DNA of 64,000 nt from an uncultured Candidatus Saccharibacteria bacterium (lineage in GTDB: Bacteria > Patescibacteriota > WWE3 > CAZQFB01), in assembly GCA_964592525.1 (NCBI GenBank), contig CAZQFB010000002.1, forward strand, positions 3,310-67,309, in the 5' to 3' direction. The notes beneath the pieces were generated by a model. It was not told the origin of the DNA, did not search any database, and worked only from the letters and a program-made list of their open reading frames with translations. The translations under genes were made by a program, and so were the position numbers. Shown here piece after piece: positions 28,714 through 35,798 of this stretch. Each line of letters starts with the position of its first letter. Position 1 is the first letter of the stretch.

Positions 28714-29244
28714 ATGAGTGGACATTCAAAATGGTCAACGATTAAAAGAAAAAAAGAAGCAAAGGATGCCAAAAAAGGGGTGGCTTTTACTAAGGTCGCT
28801 CGTTTACTTACCGTGGCAGCGCGTGATGGTGGCGCTGATGCTTCTAGTAATGCTTCTTTGCGTTTGGCTCTGGAAAAAGCCAAAGCGGTTAATATGCCTA
28901 AAGACGTGGTGAAAAGAGCTATTGATAAAGGGGCTGGTGGAGAAGCAGCCGCGCTTCAAGAAATTACTTTTGAAGGTTATGGTCCGGGAGGAGTGGCGAT
29001 CTTGGTGGAAGTGGTTACGGATAACCGTAATCGTTGTGTGGCCGAGGTGAGATCTGTTTTTAATAAGTTTAGTGGTTCTTTGGGGGAGACTGGTTCAGCA
29101 GCTTATATCTTTCCTAGTAAAGATAAACCTACTTTTAGAATACCGCTTCAGGATAACGAACAAGCTTCTTTAAGCCGATTATTAAATACATTAGAAGAGT
29201 TGGATGATGTTCAGGAAATTTATACTAATCAGGCGATAGAATGA
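28714..29244 (+). CDS. yebC: YebC/PmpR-family protein, shortened variant
   Basis: N-terminus MSGHSKWSTIKRKK, NMPKD, GYGPGG, DNRNR motifs; about 65 residues shorter than typical YebC. Confidence 0.8.
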   Translation: MSGHSKWSTIKRKKEAKDAKKGVAFTKVARLLTVAARDGGADASSNASLRLALEKAKAVNMPKDVVKRAIDKGAGGEAAALQEITFEGYGPGGVAILVEVVTDNRNRCVAEVRSVFNKFSGSLGETGSAAYIFPSKDKPTFRIPLQDNEQASLSRLLNTLEELDDVQEIYTNQAIE

Positions 29245-30023
29245 AGCTGGGGTTTTGGAATAAACGACAGCAATTTATTATCGTGGTCTTGTTAGAGTGG
29301 TTTTCCTTTTATCTCTGGCGTCAGGTTAACCCCGAAGTTTATTTCTCCTACGGTGGGTTATTTATTCTCGGTGCTCTTATCTTAATTGTATTTGCCTTGC
29401 GGGAGAATATGCAAGGGATGAGGCGCTTTATGTTACCGGCGTTACCTTTAAGCTTATATGTGGCAACATTATGCTTATTAACAACTTTAAGTATTGGCTC
29501 ACCGCTGTGGTACTTGGTGTGGGTAATATATTTACCCTTTTCCTATATTGCTTTATTATCTGTTAATATTTTTGGGGTGGCTTCTAGGAGGGAAGAACGT
29601 TCTATTCCTTTATTAAGAGCGGCGCACACGACTGCCTTTATTGATACTGTGGTAGTGGGCTTTATTTTTTACAGTTTTATTTATAACTTACCTTTACTAC
29701 TGTTTACGCAATTAAGTTTAGTTTTTGGCGTAACTGTGCTTTTAGTGTTTAATTATTTCTGGACGTTAAGCTTAGAAGAAAATGTAAGATGGACCTACCT
29801 CGCATTAGCTATTATCGCTGCTCTGCTCTTAACCCAAGCAGCTTTAGTGGCTAGCTTTTTTCCGCTTAAGTTTTCAACTCGTGGTTTATTACTTAGTACC
29901 ATTCTTTATTCCTTGGTGGGTGTGGTGCGCTATCGAATCATAGGGGAGCTGACGAGTAGAATTATGTTGGAATATGGCGTGGTGATTTTGCTTGTATTGG
30001 GGTTGATTGCGGCTTTTGATTAA
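29241..30023 (+). CDS. Hypothetical polytopic membrane protein
   Basis: 260 aa, about 7 hydrophobic helices; start overlaps yebC stop. Confidence 0.45.
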   Translation: MKLGFWNKRQQFIIVVLLEWFSFYLWRQVNPEVYFSYGGLFILGALILIVFALRENMQGMRRFMLPALPLSLYVATLCLLTTLSIGSPLWYLVWVIYLPFSYIALLSVNIFGVASRREERSIPLLRAAHTTAFIDTVVVGFIFYSFIYNLPLLLFTQLSLVFGVTVLLVFNYFWTLSLEENVRWTYLALAIIAALLLTQAALVASFFPLKFSTRGLLLSTILYSLVGVVRYRIIGELTSRIMLEYGVVILLVLGLIAAFD

Positions 30024-31185
30024 GGGTGAAGATCAAAGTAGCTTAGCAAGCAAAACCGTTGTACGACATATGGGGTCTGATACTATGTGGGGGGAGAGAG
30101 CAGTATAAATCTTTATTTTTAAAACAACCTTCCGATATTAATACGTATTTACTTGACTTAAGTGAAAAATGGGGTGGGGGAGTGGGGGGGGGAAGGGGTT
30201 TTGTCCAAGATTGCGGACAAATATAGCAAAATGGTAGGGTGAGTGATAATAGTCCTGTAGTACTAAATAAATACTATGGGTTATACGACGTGTGCTCAAC
30301 ACTGTGGATAAATAAAACCCGAAGCTCTTTTTTGCGCTGTCCTTATCATTAGTAAAATATAAGTGTGTTATATATACTCTGTGTTCTTTCTCCCTTCTTT
30401 AAATAATATGTTTTTGCCTTTTTACTTATCCAATAAAAATATATTTTTTGTAAACTCCCCTTTTGCTCAAATTTTATAGTGGCAGCAGATGTTTAAATTA
30501 ACGGCATACACTAATTACCTTGTCGCTGCGGTCATTAAGCAACACGAGCTCGCTAGACGCGTTTTAAGCGACTTTATATAAAAAGTAATATATTCAATCA
30601 GCGCTTGTTTGATATTTATGTACCCCAAACGGTGTGCAGCTTTGGTAGTGTTAAGTTTATCTCGGTTGGTTTGTTTGCTGTTAGTTTTGCTTAATATATT
30701 TTAGCAGCTGCGACTTAAACAACAGAAACGATTTTGACTTAGCAGATTATTGATGTTTAAACCAAACATAAATGTCTCGTTATTGTGTCGTACAACCAGG
30801 TGTGGTTTGGGGGTTTGCCATAAATAGTAAATTACTTAAGAGGATGTAGCCTTTCTAAACCTTACCAGGCAATTATCCGACCTTTAGCCAACGCCCACCT
30901 CTTTTTTCATAACCACCTTGGGATTATTAACTTGGTAGTCTTAAACCCCACATGGGTCGTATAATATACATTGCACGACGTAATATTGGGGTTTGTTTTG
31001 GGCTGCCCTTTATATTACTGCAACTGTAACTAATAATACCCTTTTCATGTAGCGTAAATATCAAAATGAAAAATAAATCTGAAAATAGGTAATATTTAAA
31101 TGGATATGGGAGAACCATGAACAAATATGATAAGAAATCAGTTAAATTAGAGTAATTACATTTACGCTCCCCTATTCTCTTGTCT

Positions 31186-31236
31186 GGAATTAAAAAAGAT
31201 TAGGCTCGCTACGAGCAATCGCAACTTAGCGAGCCT
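31186..31236 (-). terminator. Rho-independent terminator of pentapeptide gene A
   Basis: 9-bp perfect stem aggctcgct/agcgagcct overlapping the stop codon, followed on minus strand by a U-run. Confidence 0.55.
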
Positions 31237-31735
31237 ATTTATTGGGCCTTCTCCTGGTGCTTTGACCGAATCGGTAAAGTTGGTTGGGATCTATTAAGGC
31301 ACTTTGCCAGTTTTGCACCTTTTTGAGAATGGCGCCGTATAGCCTGGCTTCTCTAAGATCAGCTTGATCAAGATCTGCCCCGGTCAAGTCCACCCAGCAC
31401 AATTCTGTTTGGATACACAGGGCACCGATGAGAGTTGCCTTTATCAGATCGGCCCCACCTAGCATAGCTTGGCTAAGGTCCGCTCCAGTAAGGTTGGCTT
31501 GGGTGAGGTTAGCTCCGTTTAACCTTGCCTTACGGAGATTGGCCCCAGTTAGATTTGCACCAACTAGGCTAGCCTGACAAAGGTCAGCCTCGTGCAGGTC
31601 AGCCTCGCTCAAGTCAGCCCCCCGCAGGTCAATTACTTCGTCTGGGTGCTTCTGCCTCCAAGCTTGGATCAGAGGTGCTAAGGGTTCCCCTCTAGCGTGT
31701 GCCTCGCGAAGAATATCCTTCAGTGACTCTGCCAC
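31235..31735 (-). CDS. Pentapeptide-repeat protein A
   Basis: Tandem A(D/N)LxX pentapeptides; N-terminal 31 aa identical to gene B; GTG start after GGAGAAGG. Confidence 0.8.
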   Translation of the reverse strand: MAESLKDILREAHARGEPLAPLIQAWRQKHPDEVIDLRGADLSEADLHEADLCQASLVGANLTGANLRKARLNGANLTQANLTGADLSQAMLGGADLIKATLIGALCIQTELCWVDLTGADLDQADLREARLYGAILKKVQNWQSALIDPNQLYRFGQSTRRRPNK

Positions 31736-31775
31736 CTTCTCCCCCCTGTGGTTTTATTCAGCGGATAATGGTGGG

Positions 31776-31804
31776 ATTGTAGCACTAGGCTAACACGAGG
31801 GCAA
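31776..31804 (-). promoter_or_regulatory. Promoter candidate TTGCCC-N17-TACAAT for pentapeptide gene A (module repeated at ~32296 and ~32904)
   Basis: Read on minus strand about 40 nt upstream of the GTG start; same module precedes genes B and C. Confidence 0.4.
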
Positions 31805-31811
31805 TTTGGGG

Positions 31812-31846
31812 TAAGTAAAAAGCCCGTCGGTTGCTAGCCAACGGAC
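31812..31846 (-). terminator. Rho-independent terminator of pentapeptide gene B
   Basis: On minus strand gtccgttgg-ctagcaa-ccgacgggc followed by ttttacttac; 10 nt after the gene B stop. Confidence 0.6.
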
Positions 31847-31855
31847 CTTGCTCTC

Positions 31856-32257
31856 TCACTCTGAATTAGCTTCTTGGAAACGCTTGCGGTTGGTTCTGCC
31901 CATTTGGGCTACTTCCCACCCGCTAAACCCTGCCAACAGGGATCCGCCCATCTTGGCACCGGTGAAGATGGTGTCCTCATCACCCCTCGCCCCCCACAGG
32001 TCAGCCCCGGTCAGGTCAGCCCCGGTCAGGTCAGCCCCGGTCAGGTCAGCCCCGCTCAGGTTAGCTCTCCACAGGTCAGCCCCGGTCAGGTCAGACCACC
32101 TCAGGTCAGCCCCACTCAGGTCAGCCCCGGTCAGGTCAGCCCCGCTCAGGTTGACTATTGCTTCAGGATGCTTCTGCCTCCAGGCTTGGATCAGAGGTGC
32201 TAAGGGTTCCCCTCTAGCGTGTGCCTCGCGAAGAATATCCTTCAGTGACTCTGCCAC
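31856..32257 (-). CDS. Pentapeptide-repeat protein B
   Basis: Tandem GADLT/GADLS pentapeptides; N-terminus shared with A, C-terminal ~40 aa shared with C. Confidence 0.8.
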   Translation of the reverse strand: MAESLKDILREAHARGEPLAPLIQAWRQKHPEAIVNLSGADLTGADLSGADLRWSDLTGADLWRANLSGADLTGADLTGADLTGADLWGARGDEDTIFTGAKMGGSLLAGFSGWEVAQMGRTNRKRFQEANSE

Positions 32258-32500
32258 CTTCTCCCCCCTGTGGTTTTATTCAGCGGATAATGGTGGGATT
32301 GTAGCACTAGGCTAACACGAGGGCAATTTGGGGTAAGTAAAAAGCCCGTCGGTTGCTAGCCAACGGACCTTGCTCTCTCACTCTGAATTAGCTTCTTGGA
32401 AACGCTTGCGGTTGGTTCTGCCCATTTGGGCTACTTCCCACCCGCTAAACCCTGCCAACAGGGCTCTGCCCATCTTGGCACCGGTGAAGATGGTGCCCTC
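32165..32500. repeat. Direct repeat copy 2 (5' coding region of gene B + promoter + terminator + 3' coding region of gene C)
   Basis: Near-identical to 31643-31978. Confidence 0.7.
32334..32368 (-). terminator. Rho-independent terminator of pentapeptide gene C
   Basis: Same hairpin as 31812-31846 with U-run. Confidence 0.6.
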
Positions 32501-32863
32501 ATTACCCCGCGCCCACCTCAGGTCAGCCCCCCTTAAGTCAGCCTTGCTCAGGTTAGCCCAGCTCAGGTCAGCCTGCCTCAAATCAGCCCAGCTCAGGTCA
32601 GCCTGCCTCAAATCAGCCCCGCTCAGGTTAGCCCAGCTCAGATCAGCCCAGCTCAGGTCAGCCCCGCTCAGGTTAGCTTTCCACAGGTTAGCCCACCTCA
32701 GGTCAGCCTCCCACAGGTCAGCCTTGCTCAGGTTAGCCCTCCGCAGGTAAGCTCCAGTCAGATCAAGCGGTACTTCTGGGTGTTCCACTTCCCAGGTTTG
32801 ACGAGCCTTTGCCCAGGTATCAGCTCCCTGTAGTAGTGCTTGCACCAACCCAGTATCAGCCAC
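32378..32863 (-). CDS. Pentapeptide-repeat protein C
   Basis: Repeats ANLS/ADLS/ADLR x about 14; distinct N-terminus; C-terminus shared with B. Confidence 0.8.
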   Translation of the reverse strand: MADTGLVQALLQGADTWAKARQTWEVEHPEVPLDLTGAYLRRANLSKADLWEADLRWANLWKANLSGADLSWADLSWANLSGADLRQADLSWADLRQADLSWANLSKADLRGADLRWARGNEGTIFTGAKMGRALLAGFSGWEVAQMGRTNRKRFQEANSE

Positions 32864-32939
32864 TTTCTCCCCCTTGTGGGTATAGCCAACGGATAATGGT
32901 GGGATTGTAGCACTAGGTTAACACGAGGGCAATTTGGGG

Positions 32940-32974
32940 TAAGTAAAAAGCCCGTCGGTTGCTAGCCAACGGGC
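32940..32974 (-). terminator. Rho-independent terminator of small membrane-protein gene (third copy of the same hairpin module)
   Basis: gcccgtcgg-ttgctag-ccaacgggc; on minus strand followed by U-run; promoter module for gene C adjacent. Confidence 0.55.
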
Positions 32975-32981
32975 TCATAGG

Positions 32982-33302
32982 CTAGGGTTTGTTCGCGTTT
33001 ATCAGCTTGAAGATTACTACACCAAGCCAAGAGCTGAAAATAAGTAGTAGGGCTAGCAGTGTAATCATGCTAAGGAGAGATACTTCCACCAACCCTAAGC
33101 TGTTGATAAGTATCTCCACCAGCCCACCAACAAGCAGTTCCAGCAACCCTAGGGTGAAAATGAATGCCATTCCTGCAAAAAAAAGATAGCGCTTGAGGCT
33201 GTACGTTCTATAATCAGCCCAATAGGCGTTCAGCACCGCACCTAAAAGACAGCATACCGTAAGCCAAGACTGTGAGCTTTCGCCTCTGCCTAGTGGCAAC
33301 AT
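32982..33302 (-). CDS. Hypothetical small membrane protein
   Basis: 106 aa, 3 hydrophobic helices. Confidence 0.35.
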   Translation of the reverse strand: MLPLGRGESSQSWLTVCCLLGAVLNAYWADYRTYSLKRYLFFAGMAFIFTLGLLELLVGGLVEILINSLGLVEVSLLSMITLLALLLIFSSWLGVVIFKLINANKP

Positions 33303-33506
33303 CCCCTTCTCCTTTGCTTGTTATTAGCACTTGCTTACACGTTGACTTTAGTTTTGTGTTTGTGCTGTTACCCTAGTTAGCTTCGTGTTTGCCATTTTAC
33401 TCTTTTTTAGTGGACTTTGCTTTTAAGCGATAGCGGATATTGGAAAATGATTGCATCTCTACCTCCTGACCTTTATACTTAGTATGTCGCACATTATAAC
33501 CTGCCT

Positions 33507-34439
33507 ATGGATATTGCGGAACTAGTTACTGACTATCTTGAATATTTGGAGCTGGAACGTAACCGCTCTAAAAAGACCCTGATCAACTATGATCATTACT
33601 TGCGCCGCTTTAGTGCCTTTTGTGCTACCCGACAGGTTAAAGCTTTAGCCGAGATTGATCTAGAGTTGGTACGCGCTTATCGCCTTTATCTAAACGAAGC
33701 GGATGAGCAAGGCGAACCAAGGCTTAAAAAAATCACCCAAAACTACCACCTGATCGCGCTACGCAATTACCTTAAATATTTAGCCAAAAAAGACATCCCC
33801 ACCCTTTCGCCCGAGAAAATTGAATTAATGGAGCCGGAAGCGAGAGAAATAAGCATTCTTAGACTAGATCAATTAGAGGATCTGTTAACCAAACCCGACC
33901 GCACGACTCTAAATGGCAAAAGAGATAAAGCGATTTTGGAAGTACTCTTTTCTACTGGTTTGCGGGTTAGCGAATTGGTTGGCTTGAACCGTAGTAGTAT
34001 TGACTTGGAAAGACGTGAGTTTAGCGTGGTGGGTAAACGGAGGAAGCGCCGAGTGGTGTTTTTGAGTCGGCGTGCTGCCGAGTACCTCACCGAGTGGCTG
34101 GAGGCACGAAAGGATAATTTTGAGCCCTTGTTTATTCGTCTTAAAGGTAAAAGAACCAAAGCCGACCCTTTGGGTTCTGACTTACGTCTTACCCCACGGA
34201 CAATCCAAAGAATTGTGCGCAGATATGCCACTATGGCGGGGATTGTCTCTCCGGTCACGCCTCATACTTTAAGGCATTCTTTTGCCACCGATTTGTTGCT
34301 AGGTGGAGCGGATGTTCGAGCGGTGCAGGAGCTTTTGGGGCACGAAAGTATTACTACTACGCAAATTTACACCCATTTTACCAACAAAGAATTACGCGAA
34401 GCCCACGAAAAGTACCACGCGACACGGCAAACCACTTAA
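33507..34439 (+). CDS. Tyrosine site-specific recombinase (XerC/XerD-like)
   Basis: N-terminal SAM-like domain; C-terminal RxxR...LRHSFAT...LGHESITTTQIYTH with catalytic Tyr. Confidence 0.85.
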   Translation: MDIAELVTDYLEYLELERNRSKKTLINYDHYLRRFSAFCATRQVKALAEIDLELVRAYRLYLNEADEQGEPRLKKITQNYHLIALRNYLKYLAKKDIPTLSPEKIELMEPEAREISILRLDQLEDLLTKPDRTTLNGKRDKAILEVLFSTGLRVSELVGLNRSSIDLERREFSVVGKRRKRRVVFLSRRAAEYLTEWLEARKDNFEPLFIRLKGKRTKADPLGSDLRLTPRTIQRIVRRYATMAGIVSPVTPHTLRHSFATDLLLGGADVRAVQELLGHESITTTQIYTHFTNKELREAHEKYHATRQTT

Positions 34440-34448
34440 ACTCTATTT

Positions 34449-34949
34449 TTGTTATCCTTATTAATCTGTGCTAACATGTGTCCACCGCTTTTCCCAACTA
34501 GGAGACCCAGCATGGCATATGTCTATTGTTTAGCGGTGTCGCAGACTGAAAGACCTCCAAGCTGGATCAACATCCGCAACAATTCTCGGATTGCCTTAGC
34601 TAAGAACTACTCGGAGCTCTTACATTTACAGGCGATATTGTCGCCGGTACGGGATTTCCAGTTGGCTTACTATGATGAGTCTGGTAATCAGCTTAAGGGA
34701 GATCCGGGATCTTTTGCCAACCGGGTAGTGCAAGTAGATAGGGATGATGGTGCTCATTGGTATTCAACGATCGCGACTTGCCTTAAAGGTTTAAGGCGCT
34801 TGTATCCTCAAGCTTCACATCAACAGATTGGGCAAGACCCAGCCGTGAAGCTGTATCTTGCGGTTATGGATCTAACGGTAGGTCTAACGGAAGCCACCTA
34901 TCAGGAAGCTTACTTATGGTTAGGTGGTTGTTACGATAGCTCTATCTAA
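34449..34949 (+). CDS. Hypothetical protein
   Basis: 166-aa ORF directly after recombinase; likely start at internal MAYVY (about 34512). Confidence 0.35.
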   Translation: MLSLLICANMCPPLFPTRRPSMAYVYCLAVSQTERPPSWINIRNNSRIALAKNYSELLHLQAILSPVRDFQLAYYDESGNQLKGDPGSFANRVVQVDRDDGAHWYSTIATCLKGLRRLYPQASHQQIGQDPAVKLYLAVMDLTVGLTEATYQEAYLWLGGCYDSSI

Positions 34950-34964
34950 GCGAGAAACCGGTAC

Positions 34965-35004
34965 ACAAAAACCCCCACGCTAAAAGCGTGGGGGTTCTTA
35001 TATT
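34965..35004. terminator. Bidirectional Rho-independent terminator
   Basis: A-run, 9-bp stem cccccacgc/gcgtggggg, T-run; between convergent genes. Confidence 0.6.
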
Positions 35005-35018
35005 ATCACCTGACTCTG

Positions 35019-35180
35019 TTAACTAAGTTCATCTTCATCGTCGTCTAGGTCGTTGTCAGAGTCGTCATCTTCAAAATCAATGTCATCATCATCATCATCT
35101 TCTGGGTCTTCAGCTGTGTCAGTCTCTTCGCCGTCTGCTTCTAGTTCGTCATCCTCACTTTCAAACATCTCATCATCCAT
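35019..35180 (-). CDS. Small highly acidic protein (53 aa, Asp/Glu-rich)
   Basis: ATG after AAGGGGG RBS; about 60 percent D/E residues. Confidence 0.45.
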   Translation of the reverse strand: MDDEMFESEDDELEADGEETDTAEDPEDDDDDDIDFEDDDSDNDLDDDEDELS

Positions 35181-35302
35181 TAAAACACACCCCCTTTCAG
35201 GAGTAATATTATTTAATGTGTGAAAGGTAATAAAAAAAAGTCTTTTGGTCAAGTTTTTTGTGGGGGTAATAATAAGTTACTACCCCCACGAAGACAACAA
35301 GT

Positions 35303-35542
35303 TCAAGGTGGTGCCTGCAGACCTCTTTTAATGCGGTGCGCACAAGGTCCACACAAATGTATTTCATGCTTACTCTCCCCTAAACCACATTGATTGGGGC
35401 AGCGTGTGAGGACTCCTCTACCCTGGTGGCGGATCTGCCCCTCACATCGGTGGGGACAAGTGCTGCTTGAAGGTCGGAAGGTCCTTTCTTTTAATGCTCG
35501 TGCTTCCCTTTGCCAATGATCCAGGCTGTAGCGATCACTCAT
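35303..35542 (-). CDS. Small Cys-rich protein (three CxxC/CxxxC pairs)
   Basis: 79-aa ORF; start ATG overlaps the stop of the upstream zinc-ribbon ORF (ATGA). Confidence 0.4.
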   Translation of the reverse strand: MSDRYSLDHWQREARALKERTFRPSSSTCPHRCEGQIRHQGRGVLTRCPNQCGLGESKHEIHLCGPCAHRIKRGLQAPP

Positions 35543-35712
35543 TTCCTACTCCTTTTTGGATTGGGAAAATGGAAAGTTAGACCACACTTACAACATTGAT
35601 AACTAATGAGCCTTTCACCCCGGTAGTTTTTGATTGAGGTTGGTTTAACGAGGAATCTTTTACCACCACAATAACAGACCCGTTGCTGCTCCTCTGACAG
35701 TTGCTTTAGCAC
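35539..35712 (-). CDS. Small zinc-ribbon protein (57 aa, below ORF-track threshold)
   Basis: GTG start 6 nt after AGGAGG; CYCGG ... CCKCG; 87 nt downstream of gyrA stop, same strand. Confidence 0.4.
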   Translation of the reverse strand: MLKQLSEEQQRVCYCGGKRFLVKPTSIKNYRGERLISYQCCKCGLTFHFPNPKRSRK

Positions 35713-35798
35713 AACCCACCTCCTACAGTGTTGTCGGTTGCGGCTATTATATACTAAAACATGCTAATTAAAAAAGTAGTCCCCCTAGTGGTGAGGGT

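Larger units (their letters stand above)
31643..31978. repeat. Direct repeat copy 1 (5' coding region of gene A + promoter + terminator + 3' coding region of gene B), about 335 bp
   Basis: Near-identical to 32165-32500; period about 522 bp. Confidence 0.7.

Noticed and set aside
30024-31185. Chromosomal replication origin (oriC)
   Set aside because: Only one consensus DnaA box and two weak variants were found, and no dnaA or dnaN is adjacent; insufficient for an origin call, so kept only as a low-confidence note in the findings.
31848-32750. Plus-strand ORFs 31848-32315, 31874-32203 and 32370-32750 with low-complexity SAPVR/PGQVS repeats
   Set aside because: They are antisense read-throughs of the 15-nt periodic pentapeptide-repeat DNA; the minus-strand genes have RBS, start, promoter and terminator modules, the plus-strand ORFs do not.
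31235-32863. CRISPR array suggested by short periodic repeats
   Set aside because: The periodicity is 15 nt and in-frame coding (pentapeptide repeats), without 25-40-nt repeats separated by unique spacers and without cas genes.
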